Below are positions 27,844-36,254 of a DNA stretch of 64,000 nt, piece after piece; within the stretch, counting starts at the first letter, position 1; every line of letters starts with the position of its first letter. Position numbers and translations under genes: made by a program. Origin of the DNA: an uncultured Gammaproteobacteria bacterium (GTDB lineage Bacteria > Patescibacteriota > Patescibacteriia > 2-12-FULL-60-25); contig CAYMTE010000003.1 in assembly GCA_964393325.1 (NCBI GenBank), positions 17,661 through 81,660 on the forward strand, given 5' to 3'. The notes under the pieces were generated by a model. The model saw only the letters and a list, made by a program, of their open reading frames with translations, ran no database searches and was not told the DNA's origin.

Positions 27844-30566
27844 CCTCGAAAAACGCAGCTCCTCCAACGGCGATTGTGTGTTCCGCGTGCGGCGGCGATC
27901 CGGTTCGTTCGGTCACGTGCAAGGTCTGTGGCGGTGCCGGAATTGGCGTTGCATCGCCGGACGGATTCTTGGTGTGGAGCGAGCGCGTTGATGACGTCAC
28001 GATTGCGATTCGAAAGGCGCGGCGCATCGTGCACGCGGTGCTTCATCTCGCACTCCTGTTGCTTTGCCTTGGCTTGATCGGATATCCCATTGCAACATTC
28101 GTGCTTCGTGGAGAGACATTCGACGGTTCCGTGTTTGCGCTTCTCACATCTGGTCAACCGGCGATCACATGGTTTTGGATCGCGTGGTTTCTCGTGTGCT
28201 TCTTGATCTACCGCCTTGCAGAATACTCGTCAGATCGTAAATCGTTGCTTGTGTGGGGTATTTCCGTGCGAGATGCGGAGCTTCATGACGCGAAGGCCGC
28301 GCAGCGAGCGAATCATCGATTTGAAATTGAACCGTATTTTTCCGATGAGGCGGTGAGTGTTGTTGAGGCGGCGTATCAGATTGCACGCGATCTGAAACGA
28401 GCGGCGGTAGAACCGGACATGCTGTTTTCCGCGGCGCTCACGACGGGATCGGGAGGGCTGTTCATGCGTCGGCTCGGCATGCGATTCGATGCCGTGAAAG
28501 GACCACTTGCGCGTCTCATGGTTGCGCATCCAGTAGGAGGTGATGAAGCGCCATATCTCTCAAAAGAAACGAAGCGGGTTCTCGCGCTTTCCTATGCGTC
28601 GGCTCGCGAAGCGCGACGGCGACATGTTGAGGTCATGGAAATTTTTTTGCAGTCCTTTGCCGATAGTCCGCGTCTTCAGGAGGTGCTCGATCAGCTTGGA
28701 TTCCCCACGGAGCATGTTCAACGTGTCGGAGAGTGGGTGCGGTTGCAAGAAAAAATGCGGGATGATCATCGACGATTCATCGCGCTTGCGCAGCTGAAAC
28801 CCTCAACGAGCATGAATCGCGCGATGACGGCACAGCAAACGCCGCTTTTGGATCGATGGAGCGAGGATGTGACGCTCGCGGCACGGCAAGGATATCTCGC
28901 ACCTCTTGTCGGTCGAGAGCGTGAAATGGCATCTATCTTGCAAGCGATTGAAAGCGGGAGACGTTCTGTCGTGCTTGTTGGCGAGACGGGTGTCGGAAAG
29001 GCGGCTCTGATTGAAGAGCTTGCGCGTCGCATGGTGGAGGAAGACGTTCCGCCGGAATTATTTGATCGTCGCCTCGTGTCCGTTGATCTCGCACAGGTGG
29101 TTTCCTCCGGTGATCCGGGATTTGCTGCGGAACGTCTGTTGGGGATGCTTCACGAAGTCGCGATGTCAGGCAATATCATTTTGGCTGTTCAAGGGATTGA
29201 GGCGCTTGTTGGAGGGGGAACGGGACCGATGGATCTTGCGGAGATATTCGCGTCAGAGCTGTCAAAGGGATACTTCATTGCGATTGCGACAACAACGCCG
29301 TCCGCGTGGACGACGTACATGGAACGACGATCTCTTGCCGCAAAACTTGTTCGCGTTACGATTGAGCCTCCAGATGCGGATGGCACGCTTCGTGTTCTCA
29401 TGGCGAAAAGCAGGTTGATTGAGTATCAGCAGAAGGTGTTTGTTTCTTTTGCGGCGCTGGAGAAGGCTGCGGCGTTCGGCACGCGATTTGTTCAGGATGT
29501 TGCGCCGCCTGAGAGTGCGTTGAACGTGTTGCGTGAGGCGTCCGTGTACGCGCGAACGGCGCGTGGAGAAGGAGCGGAAGTGCTCGCGGATGACGTCGCG
29601 CATGTGGTGCGTGAAAAGACGGGTATCCCGGTAGAGACGCTTACTGCGGATGAACGGGAGAAACTATTGCATTTGGAAGAACGGATGCACGGTCGTGTGA
29701 TTGGCCAGGATGAAGCGGTGGTTGCTGTTGCGCAGGCGATGCGGCGTGCGCGCGCTGAGGTGCGCGAAGGACATCGACCGATCGTGAATTTACTCTTCCT
29801 TGGGCCGACAGGTGTCGGAAAGACGGAACTTGCGAAAACGCTTGCGGCCGAATACTTTGGAAGCGAGGCGGCGATGGTTCGTTTGGACATGTCGGAATAT
29901 CAAGATCAATCAAGCGTTGCAAGGATGATTGGCGCGCCGGGGGATGAGCGAGGTGGTTTGTTGACGGAAGCGGTACGGACGTCTCCATACACGATCGTGC
30001 TTCTCGATGAGGTAGAAAAAGCACATCCAGATATTTTGAATTTGTTTTTGCAGGTCATGGATGATGGTCGGTTGACAGATGGCGTGGGGAGGACGGTTGA
30101 TTTTACGAATACGGTCGTTATCATGACGTCGAATGCTGGTACGTCATTTATCCAGTCTGAAGTCGCGAAGGGGACCTCGATGGATCAAGTCAAAACGCAG
30201 CTTATCGAGCGAGAGCTGAAATCGTTGTTCCGACCGGAATTCTTGAATCGTTTTGATGGCATCATCGTCTTTAAGCCGTTGACATTGGATGAGGTCGTGC
30301 AAATCGCATGGCTTATGGTGCGCGCGGTCGGTTCGCGTCTTGCGGAAAAGTCCATCTTTTTCCGCGCGGAAGACGCCGCGGTTGAAGCACTGGCGAAAGC
30401 GGGTTTTGATCCGTTGTTCGGCGCACGCCCGTTACGACGTGTGATCCAGGATCGTCTCGATAACGCCCTTGCGGATCTTCTCTTGCGAGGACGCGTTGGT
30501 CGACGTGATACGGTTGTGCTTCAAGAGGACGGAACGCTCCGCGTCGATAAAGCCCCGTCTCTATAG
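27840..30566 (+). CDS. ClpC/ClpB-like double AAA+ protein with N-terminal DnaJ-type Zn finger and two TM helices
   Basis: Start ATG 27840 forms an ATGA overlap with the upstream stop. It has CSACGGDP...CKVCGGAG (2x CxxCxGxG) and two hydrophobic helices. Two Clp_N-like repeats follow, then D1 (GETGVGKAAL) and D2 (GPTGVGKTELAKTLA, IVLLDEVEKAHPD). Confidence 0.8.
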   Translation: MTSKNAAPPTAIVCSACGGDPVRSVTCKVCGGAGIGVASPDGFLVWSERVDDVTIAIRKARRIVHAVLHLALLLLCLGLIGYPIATFVLRGETFDGSVFALLTSGQPAITWFWIAWFLVCFLIYRLAEYSSDRKSLLVWGISVRDAELHDAKAAQRANHRFEIEPYFSDEAVSVVEAAYQIARDLKRAAVEPDMLFSAALTTGSGGLFMRRLGMRFDAVKGPLARLMVAHPVGGDEAPYLSKETKRVLALSYASAREARRRHVEVMEIFLQSFADSPRLQEVLDQLGFPTEHVQRVGEWVRLQEKMRDDHRRFIALAQLKPSTSMNRAMTAQQTPLLDRWSEDVTLAARQGYLAPLVGREREMASILQAIESGRRSVVLVGETGVGKAALIEELARRMVEEDVPPELFDRRLVSVDLAQVVSSGDPGFAAERLLGMLHEVAMSGNIILAVQGIEALVGGGTGPMDLAEIFASELSKGYFIAIATTTPSAWTTYMERRSLAAKLVRVTIEPPDADGTLRVLMAKSRLIEYQQKVFVSFAALEKAAAFGTRFVQDVAPPESALNVLREASVYARTARGEGAEVLADDVAHVVREKTGIPVETLTADEREKLLHLEERMHGRVIGQDEAVVAVAQAMRRARAEVREGHRPIVNLLFLGPTGVGKTELAKTLAAEYFGSEAAMVRLDMSEYQDQSSVARMIGAPGDERGGLLTEAVRTSPYTIVLLDEVEKAHPDILNLFLQVMDDGRLTDGVGRTVDFTNTVVIMTSNAGTSFIQSEVAKGTSMDQVKTQLIERELKSLFRPEFLNRFDGIIVFKPLTLDEVVQIAWLMVRAVGSRLAEKSIFFRAEDAAVEALAKAGFDPLFGARPLRRVIQDRLDNALADLLLRGRVGRRDTVVLQEDGTLRVDKAPSL

Positions 30567-30568
30567 TC

Positions 30569-31639
30569 ATGCCTCAAGATCTCCTCATACTCTTGTGCAT
30601 TTCGATCGTCGCCTGTGCGGCGGGGTGTTCGTATCTTTGCGCGCACGTCGCGTCGTGGGCGGCGGTGCGTTTGCATGCGGTTGATGCGCCAACGGGAGGA
30701 CGGAAGATTCATACGAAGCCGATCCCGCTGTGGGGTGGATTGGGGATCGCATGCAGCATCCTCGCGGTTATGGGCGCGATTGCCGCAGGGGGCGCATTTT
30801 TTTCGTACGATATTCGACCGACGCAGCTTATCGGATTCGGCATCGCGCTCGCGCTGCTGTGCGTTGGCGGATTGATCGACGATCGCTGGCCGCTTCCGCC
30901 CTCTGTTCAGATTCTGTTTCCGATACTTGCGGCGCTTGTTGTGATCGGAACAGGGACGGGAATCGTGCAGATTACGAGCCTTTCTGGTGGCGCGTATCCG
31001 CTTGTGCGGTGGCATGTTGGTCCGTTGTCGCTTCCGGCGGATGTGCTCACGCTCGCATGGCTTGTGGCGGCAACATATGCGACGAAATTGCTAGATGGGC
31101 TGGATGGGCTTGTCTCCGGCATGGCGGTTATCGGTTCGGCAATGGTCGGCGCGTTGACGCTTTCTCCGACGTATTATCAGCCGGCGGTGACGATGCTCGC
31201 TGCTGCAATCGGAGGGGGATTTTTGGGGTTCTTGCCGCGCAATGTTCATCCGGCGAAGCAGTTTTTGGGAGAAGCGGGGAGCACGATCGCGGGGTTTTCA
31301 CTCGGATTTCTCTCCATCGTCTCTAGCGCGAAGGTTGCTGTCGCACTTGCGGTGCTTGCGATTCCGTTGGTGGATGCGGTTTTTGTGATGGCGGGTCGGG
31401 TTGCTCGTGGAGTCGCGCCGTGGAAGGGCGATGATACGCATTTGCATTTCCGATTGTTGCGGGCGGGCATTCCGCATCGTCGTGTCGTGTATACGCTCTG
31501 GGCGGTTTCGTGTGTTGCCGGTATGATGGCATTAAGTGTTCAGACGCGTGGAAAATTGTTTCTTGTGTGCGCATTGGCGGCATGTACGATTGCTGCCTCG
31601 TTGGTCGCTCAGCGTCTCGCTCACCGGAAAACGTCGTAA
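30569..31639 (+). CDS. Polyprenyl-phosphate N-acetylhexosamine-1-phosphate transferase, WecA/TagO-like (MraY superfamily)
   Basis: AVDAPTGGRKIHTKPIPLWGGLGI, LLDGLDGLVSG and a C-terminal DDTHLHFRLL. The pattern matches WecA/TagO rather than MraY. Confidence 0.7.
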   Translation: MPQDLLILLCISIVACAAGCSYLCAHVASWAAVRLHAVDAPTGGRKIHTKPIPLWGGLGIACSILAVMGAIAAGGAFFSYDIRPTQLIGFGIALALLCVGGLIDDRWPLPPSVQILFPILAALVVIGTGTGIVQITSLSGGAYPLVRWHVGPLSLPADVLTLAWLVAATYATKLLDGLDGLVSGMAVIGSAMVGALTLSPTYYQPAVTMLAAAIGGGFLGFLPRNVHPAKQFLGEAGSTIAGFSLGFLSIVSSAKVAVALAVLAIPLVDAVFVMAGRVARGVAPWKGDDTHLHFRLLRAGIPHRRVVYTLWAVSCVAGMMALSVQTRGKLFLVCALAACTIAASLVAQRLAHRKTS

Positions 31640-31642
31640 TGT

Positions 31643-32149
31643 ATGAAGAAACGAACATCTCATCATGCCACGGCAGCGCATCATCATATCGAGCATCGAC
31701 ACCGTGCGGCGGCGGGCGCGCTGTTCGTGATGCTGTTCTTCGCTGTTTCAGGTAGTTTATTTTGGTTGCGGGCGACTCCTGCGGCTTCGCATGAAGCGCG
31801 TGTAGTGGATATAACGTCATTTCGTCTTGAGATTGCAGATACGGATGCGCGACGAACGCAGGGGTTGAGCGGGCATGCGCCGCTTGCAACAGAAGAAGGG
31901 ATGCTCTTTGCGTTTTCGGAAGCTGGCGTGTATCCGTTTTGGATGAAAGACATGCTTTTTCCGCTCGACATCATTTGGCTCCGTGACGGTCGCGTTGTAG
32001 ATATCGCGACGCTTCAGCCTCCAACGGACGGTTCACTTGTGCCGGAGACGCATGTCCCGCACGCAAAGGCGGATCAGGTTCTCGAGATCAACGCGGGACG
32101 AGCGAAGCAGCTCGGAATCGAAGAAGGGGTACGGCTGTTGCTTCCCTAA
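31643..32149 (+). CDS. DUF192 domain protein
   Basis: N-terminal TM helix, then GLSGHAPL...GMLFAF...FWMKDMLFPLDIIWL. Confidence 0.65.
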   Translation: MKKRTSHHATAAHHHIEHRHRAAAGALFVMLFFAVSGSLFWLRATPAASHEARVVDITSFRLEIADTDARRTQGLSGHAPLATEEGMLFAFSEAGVYPFWMKDMLFPLDIIWLRDGRVVDIATLQPPTDGSLVPETHVPHAKADQVLEINAGRAKQLGIEEGVRLLLP

Positions 32150-32200
32150 AGAAAAAACCTGTCAGAGACAGGTTGAGGTAGGTTGATGGAAGAGGAAGCG

Positions 32201-32959
32201 CTACTCTTCTTCTCCCTCGAGCAGGAGGAGCGGATCTGGAAGACCGCGGTATGGATGCGGTCGGCGCGGCGAGTGTCCGCAGAGGATTTGCGCCGTACCG
32301 AATGCCTCATTCACGATCGCTTGTTGTATGCTTGGATGCTCGTACAGCTCCTTGAAGTGGGGCTGCCATTTTTTTGCGTCCTCTGTTGAGAGAGTGCGGA
32401 TAGTATCCGCGTGATAAAGGACGCGCTCGACCGAAAGGAGTCGCACGTCTTCGAGCGAGGGTGTTTGCATGTCCTTTTCATACCGGAGCGCGTGCAGGAT
32501 CGCCGCGACGCGTGGAATGTGATAGCTCAACGTGAGAATGCCAATGTCGGCATCCTCCAGACCGTACTGGTCTGTGATGTCAGTGCAGCGCTCCAGTTGT
32601 TGGACGGTGTCTCCCGACTGGTTCTCTTCGATGATCCGATCCTTCGGTACGCCGAGGAGCCCGAGTTCCGTGGCCATAACCGTCGAAATCGCTGGGCGAG
32701 GCCGTGGCGATTGTTCGGGGTTCGCGAGCCCGCCGGAGACAATCAGCATGATGCGTGGATTGATCTTCCAGAGCTCAACGGCCGCGAGGACGCGTTCGTA
32801 GCTCGGCACGGGATAGGTAGCCAACCCCGTCTCGAGGTGTTCGAGCGACTTCCATCCGAGGCCGTTTCGATCGCGCGGATCGTCCGATGCCTTGATGTCG
32901 CCTCCAAGGATGATGGCGGCTTTTAATGATCGTATGGCAGCAAAAAGAGCGACGTCCAT
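32201..32959 (-). CDS. DUF218 / YdcF-like protein
   Basis: LIVSGGLANP, TVMATELGLLGVPKDRII and LTLSYHIPRVAAIL motifs. The SD AAGGAG lies 5 nt upstream of the ATG. Confidence 0.65.
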   Translation of the reverse strand: MDVALFAAIRSLKAAIILGGDIKASDDPRDRNGLGWKSLEHLETGLATYPVPSYERVLAAVELWKINPRIMLIVSGGLANPEQSPRPRPAISTVMATELGLLGVPKDRIIEENQSGDTVQQLERCTDITDQYGLEDADIGILTLSYHIPRVAAILHALRYEKDMQTPSLEDVRLLSVERVLYHADTIRTLSTEDAKKWQPHFKELYEHPSIQQAIVNEAFGTAQILCGHSPRRPHPYRGLPDPLLLLEGEEE

Positions 32960-33026
32960 CGTTTCTCCTTCTTGGGTGTGGTAGGAACGGTGCTAGCTTT
33001 AGCGATTTTTTGGATTTTTGTCAATG

Positions 33027-33055
33027 TTGACAGTATTACCGTAATTCTGTATTAT
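33027..33055 (+). promoter_or_regulatory. rplU promoter abutting a start codon
   Basis: TTGACA-17 nt-TATTAT, 9 nt before ATG 33065, with no SD in between. Confidence 0.7.
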
Positions 33056-33064
33056 CCCGGCACT

Positions 33065-33373
33065 ATGATTGCCGTCATTCAGACTGGTGGAAAGCAGTAT
33101 GTCGTCAAAGAAGGCGACGTGTTGACCGTTGAAAAACTCGAGGCCGAGGCCGGTGCCAAGGTTTCGTTTCCGGTCCTGCTCATGGCGGAAGCCGACGGAT
33201 CCAAGATGGATGTAGGCGCGCCTACGCTTTCGAAGACCGTTGATGGCGAAGTTGTTTCTCACGGCCGCGCTGCGAAGATCGAGGTTGTGAAGTACAAGGC
33301 GAAGAGCCGCTATCGCCGTCGCGTCGGTCACCGCCAGCCGTTTACGAAAGTGAAAATCGGAAAAATCGCCTAA
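33065..33373 (+). CDS. rplU: 50S ribosomal protein L21
   Basis: MIAVIQTGGKQYVVKEGDVLTVEKL...KYKAKSRYRRRVGHRQPFTKVKI. Start moved to ATG 33065, 9 nt after a consensus promoter. Confidence 0.95.
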   Translation: MIAVIQTGGKQYVVKEGDVLTVEKLEAEAGAKVSFPVLLMAEADGSKMDVGAPTLSKTVDGEVVSHGRAAKIEVVKYKAKSRYRRRVGHRQPFTKVKIGKIA

Positions 33374-33385
33374 GGGCGGTTTTTT
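33363..33385 (+). terminator. Weak terminator overlapping the rplU stop
   Basis: AAATCGCC-taag-GGCGGTTT plus a T-run. Confidence 0.4.
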
Positions 33386-33449
33386 CGATTTTCATCCCGA
33401 GCGACGTCGAGGGATCTTGCCAGCGGTAAATCGCCTAAGGGCGGTTTTT
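33363..33449. repeat. 22-bp direct repeat flanking a 43-bp segment with a small palindrome
   Basis: AAATCGCCTAAGGGCGGTTTTT occurs at 33363-33384 and at 33428-33449. The segment between them contains TCATCCCGAGCGACGTCGAGGGAT, whose 12-mer TCATCCCGAGCG equals the reverse complement of 59252-59263. Confidence 0.65.
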
Positions 33450-33451
33450 CT

Positions 33452-33483
33452 GTATAGAGAAACGCTCCGGTGTGCCGGAGCGT
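33452..33483 (-). terminator. Terminator after the zinc-ribbon ORF
   Basis: The 9-bp stem ACGCTCCGG/CCGGAGCGT is followed on the minus strand by TTCTCT. Confidence 0.55.
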
Positions 33484-33513
33484 CAGGAAGAAGTTGGATC
33501 TATCATTCTTTTG

Positions 33514-33729
33514 TTATTCCTTTTTTTCTTCGGACTCAGGCTTTTTCTCCTCTCCGATCTGTCGTCGTGAGGAGGGCGGAGTTGTGCTCCGCGGGATTCG
33601 TGGTTTGCCCGTCGAGGTCGATGGAATCATCCGTCGACGGGCTCCGGCGCGCATGGCGGCGCACTCCGGTTTTTTACACTGCTGTTCCTCATCCAGTATT
33701 GCACCACAAAAAGGGCATATGGCGTTCAT
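33514..33729 (-). CDS. Small zinc-ribbon protein with basic/proline-rich tail
   Basis: CPFCGA...CKKPEC motif. The SD GGAGGA lies 4 nt upstream. It sits immediately downstream of recR and is followed by a terminator hairpin. Confidence 0.5.
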   Translation of the reverse strand: MNAICPFCGAILDEEQQCKKPECAAMRAGARRRMIPSTSTGKPRIPRSTTPPSSRRQIGEEKKPESEEKKE

Positions 33730-33752
33730 GACGTCCTCCGACTGACGGATGT

Positions 33753-34364
33753 CTATGATGTGGTGTTGCGTCGATTCGCCAACGCATCAGCCACCGTTGC
33801 ACCATCAGCATATTCAATTTGGGCTCCGGATGGAAGCCCTCTTGCGAGGCGAGAGACGGTAATCGGGAGACCTTTAAGTTGATTGAGCAAAAAAAGCGCC
33901 GTGGTGTCTCCGTTGACATCAGGGTCAAATGCAAGGATGAGCTCACGAATCGGTGAGTCTGGCGCGCGCAGTCGCTGTAGTGCATTCGCAATCGCGAGGG
34001 TTTCCGGCGTCCGTCCCTCAATGGGATCTAGTAACCCGCCAAGCACGTGATACACGCCCTTAAACGCGCCAGATTCTTCGATGACTTGCAGGTCTTGGTT
34101 TGTGGCAACGATACAAAGTTGGCTCCGGTCGCGTGCGGGATCGCGGCAGATTGCGCAGGTTTCTTGATCTGTCCACATGCCACACACGTTGCAACGCATG
34201 ACGGTTTGCGATAACGCCAGCATCGCCTGGGCAAATCGGCGAATGCGTTCTTTTGGCAACGTAACGAGCCAGTAAGCGTATCGCAGAGCGGCGCGAGGAC
34301 CTACGCCTGGCAAGCCGTCGAATTCCGCGGCGGCATCTCGAATAGCGGGGGGAATGCGGCTCAT
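33753..34364 (-). CDS. recR: Recombination protein RecR
   Basis: HhH N-terminus (LPGVGPRAALRYA), C4 zinc finger (CNVCGMW...CAIC) and Toprim (LCIVATNQDLQVIEESGAFKGVYHVLGG). Confidence 0.95.
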   Translation of the reverse strand: MSRIPPAIRDAAAEFDGLPGVGPRAALRYAYWLVTLPKERIRRFAQAMLALSQTVMRCNVCGMWTDQETCAICRDPARDRSQLCIVATNQDLQVIEESGAFKGVYHVLGGLLDPIEGRTPETLAIANALQRLRAPDSPIRELILAFDPDVNGDTTALFLLNQLKGLPITVSRLARGLPSGAQIEYADGATVADALANRRNTTS

Positions 34365-34675
34365 GATTTGCCCATCATGTCCTTCATGTCTTCTGCGAGA
34401 TCAAGTCCGCCAAGGTCTTTGAGCTTGGAAGCCATGAGCTTTTGCACTTTTTCGATTGCGTCATTGCACGCGTCCTTGATGGTTGCAGCGAGTTTTGTGG
34501 CGTCATTCATCAGTTCCGGATCAATGGAAATGTTCGTGACGCGCTGATTGCCGTCCATGGTCACTTTTACTTTTCCCCATCCGGCGGTGCCTTCAACATG
34601 CTCTTGTCCGAGCGCCTGTTGGATGGCTTTTGCCTTATCGCGAATATCCTTGAATTGTTTGAGTTTGGAGAACAT
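34361..34675 (-). CDS. ybaB: Nucleoid-associated protein YbaB/EbfC
   Basis: 104 aa with the typical pattern AGWGKVKVTMDGNQRVTNISIDPEL...DACNDAIEK. Its stop forms an ATGA overlap with the recR start. Confidence 0.85.
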   Translation of the reverse strand: MFSKLKQFKDIRDKAKAIQQALGQEHVEGTAGWGKVKVTMDGNQRVTNISIDPELMNDATKLAATIKDACNDAIEKVQKLMASKLKDLGGLDLAEDMKDMMGKS

Positions 34676-34712
34676 ATGTTGGGAAGAAGCTTACACAATT
34701 CCCATGAAAAAG

Positions 34713-36191
34713 TCATGAGACGGTGTTTGTGGTTGTAATTGGCGTATTTGGATCAAATGGCTCTGGTCCAGGCGCGCCTTCGCCGAGCGCAGGGGCGCCG
34801 CCTGCGGGCGCGAGTTGTGGTGCGCCTTGTTGTCTCGCGAGATTTCGGAAGCTTGCGCGCGACGCGTCGAAAAAGAGTTTTACGACGCCGGTTGGGCCAT
34901 TGCGATGTTTTGCGACATGGATTTCGGCCGTGTTTCGTTCTTCAGGTGAAAGATCTTCAATGCGGTAGTTACGGTCAGCGGCTTTTCGATAGATGAAAAG
35001 CACGATGTCAGCGTCTTGTTCGATGGAGCCGGATTCACGAAGGTGGGCGAGGCGGGGGATGGCGGGTTTTTGTAATTCGACCTGACGGGAGAGCTGCGAG
35101 AGCGCGAGAACCGGTACGTTGAGCTCACGGGCAATGGATTTGAGACCACGCGTAATTTCAGTCACTTCTTGCACGCGGTTGTCGGGGTTATTGCCACCAC
35201 CGCGAGATTCCATGAGTTGTAAGTAGTCGATGACGATCAGTCCAAGGCCGTTCTCCATCTGCAAGCGTCGTGCCTTTGTGCGAATTTCCATGATATTCGC
35301 GCTTGCCGAATCGTCGATGTAAATTGGCGCTTCAGAGAGGATGCCGAGTGCGTGGGAGATGCGTGTGAAATCATCGTGCGGACCGGAATCGGACAAATGA
35401 CCGGAGCGCATCTTCCATAGATCCACGCCGGCTTCGGCGCAGAGCATACGGTCGACAAGTTGCTCTTTACTCATTTCCAACGAAAATACGCCGACAGGCA
35501 TGCGTGCTTTAACGGCGGCATGGCGCGCGAGGTCGAGTGCGAATGACGTTTTTCCACACGCAGGACGTGCGGCAAGAATGATCAAGTCGCTGCGCTGAAG
35601 GCCGGATAACAGGCTATCGAGATCGGTGTATCCCGTTGGCACGCCGCGTAGTTTTCCTTTTTCGCGATGGACTTCGTCAATGCGTTCAAACGCCGTATCG
35701 AGAATGGAATGAATCGGTGTGAACCCCGCTTTCAAAAATCGTCTAGAGACGTTAAAGAGTTTTTGTTCAGCTTGGTCGAGCACGTCTTCCACGTCTTCGT
35801 TTTGCTCGTACCCAAGCGCGGAGATGTCTGCTGCAGCGTTCAGCAAACGTCGGAGCGTCGCCTTTTTTTGGACGATATCCGCATAATGGACGATGTGGCT
35901 CGCCGTTGGAACGCTGTTCGTGAGCTGAATGAGGTATGCACGTCCACCGATGCGCTCAAGGTCGTCGCGTTCCGCGAGGCGGTTGGAGAGCGAGAGAAGA
36001 TCGACAGGTTCGTGCTTGCGGTACAGTTCCGTCATCGCCTCGAAGATCGCGCGGTGTTTATCCGCGTAAAAATCTTCTGACGTGACGCGGTCGCCAACCT
36101 TGATAATCGCGTCTTTATCGAGCAGGAGCGCACCAAGAAGCGACTGTTCCGCTTCGAGATTTTGCGGTGTGAGTTTCTCCAACGTCGACAT
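34713..36191 (-). CDS. dnaB: Replicative DNA helicase
   Basis: PQNLEAEQSLLGALL N-terminus, Walker A ARPACGKTSF and RecA-like motifs (IDYLQLM, ALSQLSR). Confidence 0.95.
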   Translation of the reverse strand: MSTLEKLTPQNLEAEQSLLGALLLDKDAIIKVGDRVTSEDFYADKHRAIFEAMTELYRKHEPVDLLSLSNRLAERDDLERIGGRAYLIQLTNSVPTASHIVHYADIVQKKATLRRLLNAAADISALGYEQNEDVEDVLDQAEQKLFNVSRRFLKAGFTPIHSILDTAFERIDEVHREKGKLRGVPTGYTDLDSLLSGLQRSDLIILAARPACGKTSFALDLARHAAVKARMPVGVFSLEMSKEQLVDRMLCAEAGVDLWKMRSGHLSDSGPHDDFTRISHALGILSEAPIYIDDSASANIMEIRTKARRLQMENGLGLIVIDYLQLMESRGGGNNPDNRVQEVTEITRGLKSIARELNVPVLALSQLSRQVELQKPAIPRLAHLRESGSIEQDADIVLFIYRKAADRNYRIEDLSPEERNTAEIHVAKHRNGPTGVVKLFFDASRASFRNLARQQGAPQLAPAGGAPALGEGAPGPEPFDPNTPITTTNTVS

Positions 36192-36238
36192 ACGGGAAGA
36201 CCTTATCGTTCTCGGTGTCGGTCTGCAAGGCCGAATAA

Positions 36239-36247
36239 TGGTATACT
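36239..36247 (+). promoter_or_regulatory. Extended -10 abutting a start codon
   Basis: TGgTATACT, 7 nt before ATG 36255. Confidence 0.6.
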
Positions 36248-36254
36248 TTTCCAG

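Noticed and set aside
30569-31639. Calling this gene mraY because it follows the mraZ cluster.
   Set aside because: The motifs (RKIHTKPIPLWGG, C-terminal DDTHLHFRLL) fit the WecA/TagO branch of the superfamily. They do not fit the MraY pattern (HxxKxGTPTMGG, HHHFE).
33363-33449. A CRISPR array or other tandem repeat.
   Set aside because: There are only two copies of a 22-bp repeat, no further repeat-spacer periodicity, and no cas genes in the window.
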